64,000 nt of DNA from an uncultured Chloroflexia bacterium. GTDB lineage: Bacteria; Chloroflexota; Anaerolineae; B4-G1; SLSP01. The translations under genes and the position numbers were made by a program. The notes beneath the pieces were generated by a model. It worked only from the letters and a program-made list of their open reading frames with translations. It was not told the DNA's origin and ran no database searches. The stretch spans positions 128,001-192,000 of the forward strand of contig CAVVUS010000018.1 in assembly GCA_963751345.1 (NCBI GenBank), written 5' to 3'. Below, one piece after another: positions 1-11,475 of this stretch; position 1 is the first letter of the stretch, and every line of letters starts with the position of its first letter.

Positions 1-684
1 TTGGCAATCAGGCAGGCGCTAGTGGAGTTAGTGCGGGAGTTGCAGCCAAACACACTCTTGAACGACCGACTTGATCTCCTTGACATGCATTGGGGATGGG
101 ACTTTCGGACACCTGAGCAGGTCATGCCTCAGAAGTGGCCTGTGGTTGATGGCGAGCGCGGGTACATTGGGAGGCCTATCACACGTTCTCTGGTTCGTGG
201 GGCTATCATCGAGATGAGGCATCCTGGAAAAGCGTGGAGCAGTGCGTGCAGTTGTTGGCCAGAGGCGGTCAGTAAGGGCGGCAATCTCACCTTCAATGTA
301 GGTCCGACGGCTCGCGGTGACTTTGATCGTCGCGCGCTAGATCGCCTCGCGGGTATTGGCGGACTGGATGAGATTTCACAGCAGGATCGATCTATGGTTG
401 TACGCAAGCTCCAGAGGAAATCCAGCGCACCGGACAATCTGGCTCGCTCACGGAACAAGCTCCGGCTGAATCGACTCTTTCCGCACAGAATTGCGGCCAT
501 ACAAGGTGCTACATCTTGCCGGCATGGCCGACCGCGTCAAATACGCACAACTCCTAAACGATGGCTCAGAATTGCGTCCATTGGAACTGAACATCCCGAA
601 CAACAGACTGCTGGCCGGTCTGCAGGAAAAGGACTTGTCGCTCTCGCTGCCTGTCTGACAAGCCGGATGTGGCCCTACCCGTGA
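1..684 (+). CDS. alpha-L-fucosidase (GH29), C-terminal part, frameshifted and truncated by window start
   Basis: Segments LVRELQPNTLLNDRL..DFRTPEQ and VSKGGNLTFNVGPTARG..LDRLAGIG resemble GH29 motifs; the frame degrades between and after them. Confidence 0.75.
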   Translation: MAIRQALVELVRELQPNTLLNDRLDLLDMHWGWDFRTPEQVMPQKWPVVDGERGYIGRPITRSLVRGAIIEMRHPGKAWSSACSCWPEAVSKGGNLTFNVGPTARGDFDRRALDRLAGIGGLDEISQQDRSMVVRKLQRKSSAPDNLARSRNKLRLNRLFPHRIAAIQGATSCRHGRPRQIRTTPKRWLRIASIGTEHPEQQTAGRSAGKGLVALAACLTSRMWPYP

Positions 685-720
685 TTGAGCTATTTCTCGA
701 CTAGATGGAATTCAAATGAG

Positions 721-862
<142 letters not shown>

Positions 863-936
863 CATGCAGTAAAAGGACGCAAAATACGCAGATTCTTTGG
901 CTCTGAACAACGATTGACGCCCGAAGGAAAAAGACA

Positions 937-2346
937 ATGCCTAAAGATCTGCCCAATATTCTCATTTTGCTCTCCGACGAACACTGTGGCATGGCTATGT
1001 CGCATGTCGGTGATCCTAACGTACGAACGGCGGCGATGGATCGGTTGGCAAGCGAAGGTGTCAGTTTCCCACGGGCCTACGCAAACTGTCCTATCTGCGT
1101 GTCATCGCGTGGGACGATTTTCTCCGGAAGACATGCGCAGACGGCAGCCCCGTCTCGGGCTTTTTCGACGTCTACAAGGCCACGGCGCCCAGTACCGCCA
1201 CCATCTCTGCAGGAATCCGGTTATCACACAGCCTATTTTGGCAAATGGCACTGCGGCACGGTCCGAGACCAGATTCCGCCCGAGGCACGTGCCCATCTTG
1301 AAGAAATCGGCGGCCACCCCGATCGCACGCCTGAGTATCACCGGACTGGCTTTCAGGACTGGTATGCATTTGAGGGAAGTCGGTACTTTAACGTCCATTA
1401 CTATCACAATAACTGATATCGAGCCCACCCAACCTGCAGGGTTATGAGACGGACGGACTCACTGACCTTGTGATAGGCTATTTGGAATCGTTACAATCGT
1501 GATCAGCCCCTCTGCCTCGTGCTTAGTGTCACGCCTCCTCACTTTCCCTCTGATTGTGCCGGATAGATGGCTGCTCATTTTGATCCTGATACGATCATTG
1601 TGCGCGAGAACTTCAATCGTCCGGACCCTTTTTTCTTCAGTGTTGAGCCGGAGGGTGACAGGGATCTGCGGCAAAAGCTGGCGCGATACTACGCCATGAT
1701 CCAGAACCTGGACTGGAATATCGGGCGCCTTATGGCGGCTTTTGGAGAGCGATGAGCGCTTTGCGAACACCCTCACGATGTACATCTCCGATCACGGGGA
1801 CTATATGGGAGAGTCACGGTCTCCTATCGACCAAGATCCACCATCACGAAGAGAGTGTGCGGGGCCCGGCGGTATTCCACCGGCCGGGGCGCATCCCAAG
1901 TCAAGGTTTGACAGATGGCCTGTTCGGCCTGGTGGACTTGCTGCCGACAATTCTGGGATCTGGTTGGGGTTACAATCCCTTCGCACATCCAGGGCACCAG
2001 CTTTGCACCTCGCTTGCTGGGTGAAGAGTTTGATGCCCCTGAAGCGGTGCTACTCGAGATGGTCAACAATCCCCGGTGGAGCCTGCGCTTACTGGATTGG
2101 CGTGGAGTGGTCACAAAGCGCTACAAGTATGCCTTCTGTGAGACTGAGCGCCAGGTATTGTTCGACCTGGAGAATGACCCATACGAACTTGAGAATCTGG
2201 CCGAGACCCAGCCTGTCCTGTGTTCCAGTATGCGGAAGCTGACTCTCCGCATGCCGGCAGAGACCAGAGAGCCCTATTTTGACGTGCTGATGGAGCACGG
2301 TGTTGTCCCGGCCTGGCCACCAGTCGATGTGTCGAGGCTCAATTGA
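937..2346 (+). CDS. Cys-type sulfatase, split by several frameshifts
   Basis: PNILILLSDEH, YANCPICVSSRGTIFSGRH (CxxxR), GYHTAYFGKWH, NLDWNIGRL, YISDHGD and LFDLENDPYELENLA occur across successive ORFs (937, 1567, 1742, 1752, 1915). Confidence 0.85.
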
Positions 2347-2479
2347 GCACGGTCTCCTGCTGTGCCAGCCGAGACACAACCGATGTTACGGGTCAGCCGG
2401 TCGTGATCTGGACATGAGTGCGCGAACTGTGAGTGGCGCTGAACTATGCTGGGGTCGCCTTACAAGCTGAGACAAGGAG

Positions 2480-4945
2480 TTGACCGTGCATAACGAGAGG
2501 TGTTCACTTCTAGATCCATACACCGGCCCCTTACTGAACCATCTAGCGTATCCCTTAGGAGGGATCGGCGCGGGAATGATCTGTCTTGAGGGAGCTGGTG
2601 CGCTGTCCCACGTCTCTGTTCGTGGCACTCTAGACCTATATAACGAGCCGCTCATGTTTGCAGCTATCAGCGTGAGGGACCGACCGGATCTGGCGAGGGT
2701 GCTTGAAGGACCGGTGCCTGAATGGAAGCTATACAGCCAACCCAATGCGGGGAATGGTCTCCATTACACGGACTATGGCCTACCTCGCTTCGACCGCGCC
2801 TCGTTCCAGGCACGGTTTCCCTTCGGTGTGGTGACTTTCGGTGACGAACTGATGCCTGTCGACGTAGTGATCACCGGATGGAGTCCCTTCGTGCCGGGCG
2901 ACGCCGATAGCAGTAGCCTGCCGCTGGCGGCGTTGCAGTACACCTTCACTAACACGACAGACGCGTCAGTCGAGGCCGTCTATTCCTTTCACTCACGCAA
3001 CCATATGGCGGTGGCCCCCGGCAGTTCGGGCGCCGTTCTCAGCACCAAGAACGGCTTTGTGCTGTGGGAGGGAGGCAGTGCCGAGAGCCCCTGGGAGCAG
3101 GGGGCGTTCAGTGCCGTTGTGGACGATTCTGGGTGTAAAGTCAACTCTGCCCTGTTCCGTGGTGGCGGGGCCGATCTCACCACAATGATCTGGAAATCCA
3201 TCAGTGAGGGAGCCGTCGTCGAAGGCGCACCTGTTGAGGAGAGGGGCACCGAGCCCGGGTGCAAGCCTATACGTCCCGCTGAGTCTGGAATCGGGTGAGA
3301 GCAAGACCATCAGGCTACGGCTGGCATGGTACGCGCCCGTGACCAACCTGCGCCTGGGGAAGGATCCTGATGGGAGTGTGATTTGCTGTGCCGGCGGTTG
3401 TGCAAGCACTCACAGCCCCTGGTACGCAGGCGTCTTCGACGACATCGAGGCCGTGACAGGCTACTGGCGATCTCAGATGATAATCTCAAGGCCAAGACGC
3501 AGGCCTTTACCGATGCATTCTACGACACCACGCTTCCACCCGACGTCGTGGAGACCGTTGCTGCAAACTTGACCATCCTCAAGTCGCCCACGGTGCAACG
3601 GCAGATCGACGGCAGGCTCTGGTGTTGGGAGGGATGCAGCGATACGAAGGGATGTTGTCACGGTTCGTGTACGCACGTCTGGAACTATGCGATGGCGATT
3701 CCCCACCTTTTCCCCTCGCTAGAGCGATCCCTACGTGAGACAGAATTCTATGTGGATCAGGATACAGAAGGTCATCAGGCGTTCCGCGCCAGTCTACCTA
3801 TCCGCCCCCCGGATCATAGCTTCCATGCAGCCTGTGATGGTCAGTTGGGTGGGATTATGAAAGTCTATCGGGAATGGCGGATCTGCGGCGATGAGATGTG
3901 GCTGCGACGTCTATGGCCCAAAGTGCAACAGAGCCTGGACTACTGTATTGAGACCTGGGATCCCGAGCATCAGGGCGTTATCGCAGAACCACACCACAAC
4001 ACCTATGATATCGAGTTCTGGGGACCGGACGGTATGTGTACTTCCTTCTACCTTGGAGCGCTCAAGGCTGCCGCGTCCATGGCCGAGACCTTGGGCGTAG
4101 ATGCCTCTCTCTACCGGGATCTACTCAACAAGGGTATTGTGTACATGGAGTCAGAGCTTTGGGACGGAGAGTACTTCATTCAGAAGATCCAGTGGGAGGG
4201 TCTACACGCTCCAGATCCCACACAGGCTCAGAGTTGGACGAAGTACTCACCAGAAGCTGAGGCTCTTCTAAGACTCGAGGGGCCCAAGTATCAGTATGGG
4301 CAGGGCTGTCTTTCGGACGGTGTGCTAGGTGTTTGGATCGCGGCTATGTGTGGTATAGGGGATTTTCTGGACCGGAGCAGAGTTCGAAGTCACCTGAATG
4401 CCGTGCATCGATACAACCTCAGGCACAGCCTGAAGCGACACGCCAACCCTCAACGTACGACCTATGCACTGGGCGAGGACGGTGGCTTGCTACTCTGTAC
4501 TTGGCCCAAAGGCGGGGCGCTCTCCCTCCCCTTTGTCTACAGTAATGAGGTTTGGACTGGCATCGAGTACCAAGTTGCGGCACACCTTCTGATGATGGGG
4601 GATAGAGACGCCGGTCTCGAGATCGTACGTGTCGCTCGCGATCGATATGATAGCCACCTGCGCAATCCGTTCGATGAATATGAATGTGGACACTGGTATG
4701 CGCGGGCGCTGTCTAGCTATGGCCTAATCCAGGCGCTCAGCGGAGCCCGATATGATGCCGTAGCCAGGACAGTGGTCGTAGCTCCGTCCATTCCAGGCGA
4801 CTTCAGGGCGTTTCTGTCCACGGCCACTGGCTATGGAACAGTTGGTGTGAAGAACGGAGAGCCCTTCGTCGAGGTGGCCTCCGGCACGATTCCATATGAG
4901 AGAATCGACTATGTACCCTGCTGCGCTGTTGGGGGTGTGATGTGA
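2480..4945 (+). CDS. GH116 (non-lysosomal glucosylceramidase-like beta-glycosidase), frameshifted
   Basis: N-terminal YPLGGIGAG and GWSPFVPGDADSSSLP; C-terminal GCCHGSCTHVWNY, HNTYDIEFWG, EVWTGIEY, FDEYECGHWYARALSSY; ORFs 2480, 3204 and 3383 join. Confidence 0.9.
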
Positions 4946-6306
4946 GGATCATCTACTTCGACATTGACTGCTTGCGCCCTGACCATCTTGGGTGCTATGG
5001 CTATGAGCGGCCGACTTCGCCAACCTTGGACACGATCGCAGCGGAAGGCGTGTGCCTCGATCACTACTACTGTGGCAGCTCGCCCTGTCTGCCCTCGCGG
5101 ACCGCTTTGATGTCCGGTCGCTTCGGAATCCGCAATGGTGTCATCAGCAATCATGGTGCCGGAGCGCGTTTCAGGATCCAGACCCGTGGCTACCATGGAC
5201 CGAACCCGGAGAACGAAATGCTGATGCGGCAGCTGCGCCGCTATGGCTACGACACGATCAGCTTCTCGAATTTCGCCGACCGGCACAACGCCCTGTGGTT
5301 CATGTACGGCTGGTCCGAGTTCCACACCCCCAACCTGAAGGGCGGGGCGGAGACTGCGGCCGAGGTGAATGCACCCGTGCTCCGCTGGCTAAAGCATAGT
5401 GCACACAGGGAAAACTACTTCCTTCACATCAACTACTGGGATGTTCATCGCTGCTACAAGATGGACGTCTCCTGGACGGACCGCTTCCGTGATTCACCGG
5501 TGCCACAGATATGGCCGGATAAGGCTGCCATCAGTGGGCATCAGACCATGAAAGGTCACTTCACAGCGCAGGGGCAGTTCGGTGACGGTGTCAGTTCTTT
5601 CCCCTTGATGCCTGGCGCTGTTGCGTCTCGCGCAGACTTCGAGCAACTCGTCACCGGCTACGATGCTGCGATCGCCTACACGGATAGCCACGTGGCAGAG
5701 GTGCTAGAGGAGCTGGAAAGGCAAGGCGTCCTAGATGACGCGGTGTTGATCGTCTCGGCTGATCACGGCGACTCCTTTGGTGAGCACGGAATCTACTCGG
5801 ATCATGTATGTGCGGACGAATGTGTCCATCGGGTTCCCCTGATGGTTCGGTGGCCAGGCATCACCGCCCCAGGTCACCACGACACTGGGTTGCTCTACAA
5901 TGTTGATCTGGCCCCGACGCTCTGCGATCTTCTCGGGATTCCCTCTCCTCCGGGCTGGGACGGTGCCTCATTCAAGGAAAACCTGCGCGGTGCAAGAGGA
6001 CTGGACCGGGAGTTCCTGGTCTGGGATTGTGGCTTGTATGCCGTTCAGCGTGCCGTGCGCACGAGGACACACCTGATGATCCGCACCTATGACGACTATG
6101 GCTACAATATGGCACCCGTTGAGCTCTACGACCTCGTCAGCGATCCGTGTCAGACAGGCGACATTGCCACAGAATCGCCAGGCATCGTCCGGGAGTGCAG
6201 CACGCTGATGGATGATTGGGTACAGGAGCAGATGCGCAAACCACACTGGTATGGTGATCCCCTGAGTGAGATCCTCCGCGAACGCGGGCAGGCACACATA
6301 CGCTGA
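4942..6306 (+). CDS. Cys-type sulfatase
   Basis: IIYFDIDCLRPDHLGCYGY, SSPCLPSRTALMSGR (CxPxR), SADHGD; GTGA overlap with the upstream gene. Confidence 0.9.
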   Translation: MRIIYFDIDCLRPDHLGCYGYERPTSPTLDTIAAEGVCLDHYYCGSSPCLPSRTALMSGRFGIRNGVISNHGAGARFRIQTRGYHGPNPENEMLMRQLRRYGYDTISFSNFADRHNALWFMYGWSEFHTPNLKGGAETAAEVNAPVLRWLKHSAHRENYFLHINYWDVHRCYKMDVSWTDRFRDSPVPQIWPDKAAISGHQTMKGHFTAQGQFGDGVSSFPLMPGAVASRADFEQLVTGYDAAIAYTDSHVAEVLEELERQGVLDDAVLIVSADHGDSFGEHGIYSDHVCADECVHRVPLMVRWPGITAPGHHDTGLLYNVDLAPTLCDLLGIPSPPGWDGASFKENLRGARGLDREFLVWDCGLYAVQRAVRTRTHLMIRTYDDYGYNMAPVELYDLVSDPCQTGDIATESPGIVRECSTLMDDWVQEQMRKPHWYGDPLSEILRERGQAHIR

Positions 6307-6513
6307 TGATGCCGACCCCGGATTCCCGGCTGGTGGCAGGACCGAAGTCATGGAGAGCCGACGAGGTGTTGGCAGCGTGTGGGGTAGAGGGAGGGGGGAC
6401 TCCGCTGAGGTCTCCGTGCTGTCTTTGAGAAAGCGCCCGGTCCATAGGGAAAGTAGCCAGTCCGTGTCAGTGTCTCGTGTTCTGGTCTGAGTCTTCTTAT
6501 GGAGGAACCCGCG

Positions 6514-7581
6514 ATGATCAACGTAGGTATTATCGGTATGGGGCGAAGTGGATGGGAACTCCATGCTGCTCCATTGTCCCAGATCCCAGACTACTGCCTG
6601 GTGGCCTTGTGCGATCGTAGTGAAGCACGCCGTAAAGAGGCAGCCAAGACTTTTGGGGCGGTTCCTTACGCGGAAGCACAGGATCTAATCTCCGATGCGG
6701 AGGTGGATCTCGTCGTCGTGGCCGCTCCCAGCAATCTTCACGCAGAACTGGCGATTGCAGCCTTGGACGCGGGCAAGCACGTCATCGTCGAGAAGCCGAT
6801 GGCGCTGACGTTGGCCGAGGCAGATGCCATGGTGGCAGCTGCAGAGCGGTCTGGACGTGTACTCACGGTGTTCCATAATCGGCATTGGGATCCTGATTAC
6901 CTGCTTGTCAAGGAAATGGTTCGACATCGGACGTTGGGGGACCTTCTGACGCTGGATTCCCGTGTGATGACGTATGGTCCGGAGTGGACCACGTTCGGTG
7001 TTCCTGAGTTCGACCCGGGCTGGCGACTCAAGGTCGCCCACGGTGGTGGCTTCCTGGCCGACTGGGGGCCTCACCTGATCGAGCAGGTACTGGACCTAAC
7101 CGGTGAGATGCCATCGAGAGTGACCTGCGATCTGCGCAGTCATCTCTGGGCCGTCGAGGTTGAGGACTACTTCAACATTCGCCTGGCGTTCCCGTCAGGG
7201 CTGTTAGTGACCTTGGAGGGCAGCAACAATGCCCGCATCCCCTTGTGCCGTTGGTTCGTGGTTGGCAGCGAGGCAACCCTCTACGCCGATGGTAGCTGGG
7301 GGCGTTGGACCGAGATGCGGATTCGAGGTTCCGTGGGCGGCATCTCGATGGACCTGCTGCCTCAAGACGTCGGTTCCAGCAGCGCCGGACAGAAGTTCGA
7401 TGTTGGCGATGGGCTCAGCGATAAGTTCTATGGCGATCTAGCCGTTGCCCTTCAGACCCGGCAGCAGCCCACTATCTCGGCGCAGCGTGCACGCGATGTC
7501 ATGGTTGTACTGGAGGCGGCACGTCTGTCCAATACCCGCGGCAAGACAATAGAGATGAAGGGCCGCGAGGGCATAGTCTGA
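6514..7581 (+). CDS. Gfo/Idh/MocA family oxidoreductase
   Basis: VGIIGMGRSG, GKHVIVEKP, GGGFLADWGPH; GGAGG RBS before ATG 6514. Confidence 0.92.
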   Translation: MINVGIIGMGRSGWELHAAPLSQIPDYCLVALCDRSEARRKEAAKTFGAVPYAEAQDLISDAEVDLVVVAAPSNLHAELAIAALDAGKHVIVEKPMALTLAEADAMVAAAERSGRVLTVFHNRHWDPDYLLVKEMVRHRTLGDLLTLDSRVMTYGPEWTTFGVPEFDPGWRLKVAHGGGFLADWGPHLIEQVLDLTGEMPSRVTCDLRSHLWAVEVEDYFNIRLAFPSGLLVTLEGSNNARIPLCRWFVVGSEATLYADGSWGRWTEMRIRGSVGGISMDLLPQDVGSSSAGQKFDVGDGLSDKFYGDLAVALQTRQQPTISAQRARDVMVVLEAARLSNTRGKTIEMKGREGIV

Positions 7582-7646
7582 GGAGCCCTCCGGGCGTGCA
7601 CATCACGCAGGGCTCGCCCAGACTATACCAGAAACTCTCAGAATGC

Positions 7647-7675
7647 TTGACACAGGCTCTGACTGGTGATATCAT
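7647..7675 (+). promoter_or_regulatory. sigma70 promoter of the MmgE/PrpD-ABC operon
   Basis: TTGACA (7647-52), 17-bp spacer, TG-n-TATCAT (7667-75). Confidence 0.75.
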
Positions 7676-7689
7676 ACATGACGTACCAT

Positions 7690-7707
7690 ATGTGATATTT
7701 CACACAT
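7690..7707. promoter_or_regulatory. palindromic operator candidate
   Basis: ATGTGATATTTCACACAT (TGTGA-N4-TCACA) just downstream of the predicted transcription start. Confidence 0.5.
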
Positions 7708-7767
7708 CAGTCAGGCCTGGCCCAACTTGGAAGAGGCGTGGGTAACTAGGGTCTGAAAGGTGAATCT

Positions 7768-9123
7768 ATGAACAATCAGGCGACAGCGATCCAGGAATTA
7801 GCTCGGTACGTCACTACAGCCAGTCTAGAGCAGCTTCCAGACCGTGTGGTAGCGCGGGCCGAAGCCATTCTGCTTGACACGATCGGCTCGCTATTGGCGG
7901 CGACTTCGAAGCGGTATACTGCCGGTCAGCGGCTGCTGGCCTATGTGCGGGGCCAGGGCGGCACACCGGAGAGCAAGCTCATCGGTGTGCCCGATCGAGT
8001 GGGATGCGTCAACGCATCCCTGTATGGTGGTACGCTGGGCTACTACTGCGATCTTGATGCTCACCACCCCGGAGCGATTATGCACGCGCCCGCGATCGTG
8101 GTGCCCACGGCGCTAGCAGTCGCGGAGCGCGAGAATCGCGGGGGTGCCGATCTCCTGACTGCAATAGTTCTCGGCATTGACGTGGCTTGCCGGGTGAGCA
8201 ACGCGATCGGACCCACGATCTTGTACTCCCGGGGACAGCATCCCACGTGCATGGCAGGAGGCTTTGGCGCGGCGGCGGCGGCAGGCTATCTTCTTGGGCT
8301 GGACGAGGCAGCCATGAGACGTGCTTGGGGGCTCGTCGGCACACAGGCATCGGGCTTGCTTGCCTGGGAGACAGACACCACGGAGAACTCGCGCCCCTTC
8401 AATCCGGGCATTGCGGCACGTAATGGGGCTACGGGTGCCCTCCTGGCATCTTACGATTTTGGGGGACCACCCGATGTGTTTGAGGGCAAGTTCAACCTGC
8501 TTGGTGCCTTGTCCGACGCGCCCCAGGTTGGTGAGTTGACGACTCAACTGGGGTCCCGCTTTCTCATCGAAGAGCTAGCTGTGAAGCGCTATGCTTGCTG
8601 TGCGTTCCTGCATCCCGGCTTGGACGGCCTCGAGGAGATTCTCTCAGAGCACGACCTCGGCGCCGATGGTATCGATGCTGTCCGGTTGCGGTTCGCCAAA
8701 TCGGGCGTGGCGTTGATCGATAACAACCCCCTACGTTCCCACTGTGGCCAATACGTGCTGCCCATCTACATCCTGGAGCGGAAGATCACCATCGACGATA
8801 TCCTGATCGACCGCCGTGGCGAATCCCAGATTGCAGCCCTGAGCGACAAGATCCAGGTGCTAGGTGACGATGGTCTGGATGTTGAGTTTCCGGAGCGGTA
8901 TACGACGATCATTGAGGCGGATCACGGAGGGCATACGTTCTCGCGGCGCGTCCCCTTCGCCAAAGGGTGTCCTGAGAATCCACTGACTGCGGAGGAGCTG
9001 GAAGCGAAGTTCCGCTGGCTCGCAGGTACCGTCTGTGATAGCACGCGCGTAGATGAGATCATATCCACGGTACGCGGTATCCGCCATCAAGGTTCAGTCA
9101 GGGATCTAGTCGAACTGCTGTAA
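7768..9123 (+). CDS. MmgE/PrpD family protein
   Basis: LLDTIGSLLA, DLDAHHPGAIMHAPAIVVPTALAVAE, KRYACCAFLH, KGCPENPLT..LEAKF. Confidence 0.92.
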   Translation: MNNQATAIQELARYVTTASLEQLPDRVVARAEAILLDTIGSLLAATSKRYTAGQRLLAYVRGQGGTPESKLIGVPDRVGCVNASLYGGTLGYYCDLDAHHPGAIMHAPAIVVPTALAVAERENRGGADLLTAIVLGIDVACRVSNAIGPTILYSRGQHPTCMAGGFGAAAAAGYLLGLDEAAMRRAWGLVGTQASGLLAWETDTTENSRPFNPGIAARNGATGALLASYDFGGPPDVFEGKFNLLGALSDAPQVGELTTQLGSRFLIEELAVKRYACCAFLHPGLDGLEEILSEHDLGADGIDAVRLRFAKSGVALIDNNPLRSHCGQYVLPIYILERKITIDDILIDRRGESQIAALSDKIQVLGDDGLDVEFPERYTTIIEADHGGHTFSRRVPFAKGCPENPLTAEELEAKFRWLAGTVCDSTRVDEIISTVRGIRHQGSVRDLVELL

Positions 9124-9142
9124 CACAAAGCAAAGGAGAGCG

Positions 9143-9742
9143 ATGGTAGCAGGAAACTCCGGCCAAAGTTGTTGCGTTGTCGATGACTTCACTCGAGATC
9201 TGCTGGGCGATGACTGGACTATCTACAACGGAGACGTCGGCATTGTCAATAAGCAGGATGTGGGCGTGCTCTCCAAGGTAGTGGAGTTGAGGGGAATGGG
9301 CCTCGCTGCGTGGTCGGGCACGGCTTGTTCGGCTGACCAATTCTCTGAGGCCACGATCTCTGTGGCTGCAGATGCCAGGTGCATATACCAGGTATTTGTC
9401 AGGCGCCGAGAGTCCGATCGTGCTAGGTACGGGTTCCATTGTGTGTTGCTGGACGCAGATGGACAGCTGAACCCCAACCCGGAGTGGGGGCTGAAACTCG
9501 ACGGCGTGCCTGGGGGGACAGTCCTAGCCGCGGTATCGGGCCCCCGTCTCTTGCCCGGTGACACGCTACGCATTGAGGCACGCGGCAACGTGATCCGGGG
9601 CCTACACAATGGCGTGGAACTCCTGAGTGCATGGGATGACACGTTGACCGAGCCTGGGCAACCAGGGATAGTGATGAATGTGGCTTTGGTGACCTCCTTT
9701 CCCGCACCCGTGTATAGCTGTTGGCGCGGTGGAAATCTCTGA
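9143..9742 (+). CDS. hypothetical protein, possible ConA/LamG-like beta-sandwich
   Basis: AAGGAG RBS; beta-strand-rich, e.g. GDTLRIEARGNVIRGLHNGVELLSAWDDTL..GQPGI. Fold call is inference. Confidence 0.6.
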   Translation: MVAGNSGQSCCVVDDFTRDLLGDDWTIYNGDVGIVNKQDVGVLSKVVELRGMGLAAWSGTACSADQFSEATISVAADARCIYQVFVRRRESDRARYGFHCVLLDADGQLNPNPEWGLKLDGVPGGTVLAAVSGPRLLPGDTLRIEARGNVIRGLHNGVELLSAWDDTLTEPGQPGIVMNVALVTSFPAPVYSCWRGGNL

Positions 9743-9935
9743 GCAGGTTGGAGCGTTGTCTTGGCATCTTCGGGTCCAGACCCGTTCATAGAGAGGAATC
9801 AGGTCGGATGAGGAGGTGGTCGGAACGAGGACTACGTAAGAGGAGAAGCGGCCCACGGTCTAGTGGCAACACAGATGTCTGGTCAGTGGCCCCGCTCTCG
9901 GGGCATCCGAGAGTAGTAACGTATGGAGGAAATCG

Positions 9936-11369
9936 ATGAAGCAGAGAAAGCAATTCAGTCGTCGTGAGTTTCTGAAGCTGGCCTCTGTGGCCGCATTCAG
10001 CGGTGCTCTGGTGTCCTGTTCGAAAGCACCCGCAACGCCAGTCTCCGACGCGTCCTCGGATGAGCCCGAGGCCGTAGTGGCCACAGTGCAACCCATGGAA
10101 GACGTGGAAATCACCGTGATCATGTACGGCAACATACTCACTGAGAACGACCCCGGGGCTCCCTTCTACACAGAGTTTCTGATGGAGCTCAACGATCAGG
10201 GCAAGGGCGTCCACGTCAGCTACGAGCCGTACCCCGGAGGTACCGAGTACAACACGAAGCTGCGCATGATGACGGCCGCCGACGAGTTTAAGGACCATAT
10301 ATTCTTCGGCAACTGGCAACCGATATCCGAATGTGTGTTGGATAGCCTGATCCTGCCGATAGACGATCTGATGGCTGCGGCAGGTGTATCTGCCGATGAG
10401 TGGATTCCCGCGACCGTCGCGCAAATGCGGTATGATCCGCTAACCAGGACGGCAGGTGAGGGTAAGATGTGGGCGCTGCCATACCAGGCGAACTCCGGCG
10501 CCGCGTTCATCTTCACGAATGTGGACATGGTCAAGGCCGCGGGCGAAGAACCACCTACGGATGACTCGACCGCGCTCGACCTCGAGAGGATCGCTACAGC
10601 GGTGGCGAAGCCCGATCAGGGGATCTTCGGCATGCAGAGCAACCTGTGGGGCACGACGCACTCGATCGGGTGGGACCAGTCCTATGTCGCCCCGTTCGGT
10701 GGGTACGTCCTGGACGAGACGGGCACCAAGTGCCTCATCAACTCTGATGCGTGTGTCGAGTCATACAAGTGGGAGTACGATATCCGCCACGTCAAGCATA
10801 TCGCCGCCACGCCCGACGAGGTGACTGCCTACGGGAACTACAGTGAGGGTTCACTGAACAACAAGCTGGCTATGTTCCGTATGGGAGGATGGGGAGGCCA
10901 GCGGTACCGAATGCGGCCGGAGAATGCGAATCCGGAGATGACCTTCTGCCTCGTTCCGGCTTCCTACGATGGACGAGCCGACGGGCGACGTGGCAACAAC
11001 CTGACCCACGACTATTACGCCATTGCCGCACGCTCTCAGCACCCCGACGCGGCCTTCACGGTGCTCCAATGGATGACCGGACATGAGGCTGCGTTGTTCA
11101 TGGCGAAAGCGCTCGACAGCATTATGCCGCGGTTTGACCTTCTGAACGATCCTGCACTGGATGACATGCCGGTGTCGAAGAAGCATGCCGCTGCGGTCCT
11201 TGCCGCTGAGATTCCCCAGTCTGCTGCCAACCTGCGTGACACTGAGATCAATGATCTGATGGCGCAGAGATTCCAGACTGTGGATACAGGCGAGACGGTG
11301 CCGGACAAGGCCTTCCTCGACTCGCTTGCTGAGGAGATCCAGGCCATCCTCGATATGCCGAAGCCCTGA
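9936..11369 (+). CDS. carbohydrate ABC transporter solute-binding lipoprotein (Tat-exported)
   Basis: SRREFLK Tat motif, LVSC lipobox, GKMWALPY, HPDAAFTVLQW. Confidence 0.9.
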   Translation: MKQRKQFSRREFLKLASVAAFSGALVSCSKAPATPVSDASSDEPEAVVATVQPMEDVEITVIMYGNILTENDPGAPFYTEFLMELNDQGKGVHVSYEPYPGGTEYNTKLRMMTAADEFKDHIFFGNWQPISECVLDSLILPIDDLMAAAGVSADEWIPATVAQMRYDPLTRTAGEGKMWALPYQANSGAAFIFTNVDMVKAAGEEPPTDDSTALDLERIATAVAKPDQGIFGMQSNLWGTTHSIGWDQSYVAPFGGYVLDETGTKCLINSDACVESYKWEYDIRHVKHIAATPDEVTAYGNYSEGSLNNKLAMFRMGGWGGQRYRMRPENANPEMTFCLVPASYDGRADGRRGNNLTHDYYAIAARSQHPDAAFTVLQWMTGHEAALFMAKALDSIMPRFDLLNDPALDDMPVSKKHAAAVLAAEIPQSAANLRDTEINDLMAQRFQTVDTGETVPDKAFLDSLAEEIQAILDMPKP

Positions 11370-11400
11370 CGATCGACTGCTAAGGTTAGTTGAGTGTTCT

Positions 11401-11433
11401 GCCGGGGTGCGAGCTCAGGGCTCGTGCCCCGGC
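11401..11433 (+). terminator. stem-loop after the SBP gene (mRNA stabiliser/partial terminator)
   Basis: GCCGGGGTGCGAGC-TCAGG-GCTCGTGCCCCGGC inverted repeat with no U-tract. Confidence 0.5.
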
Positions 11434-11475
11434 AGGGCTCCCCTGATCTCTTGTGTTCCGATGTAAGGTGATCTC

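Noticed and set aside
1090-1110. CVSSR variant of the sulfatase CxPxR motif
   Set aside because: It is one base from CVPSR (TCA vs CCA) in a heavily error-prone gene.
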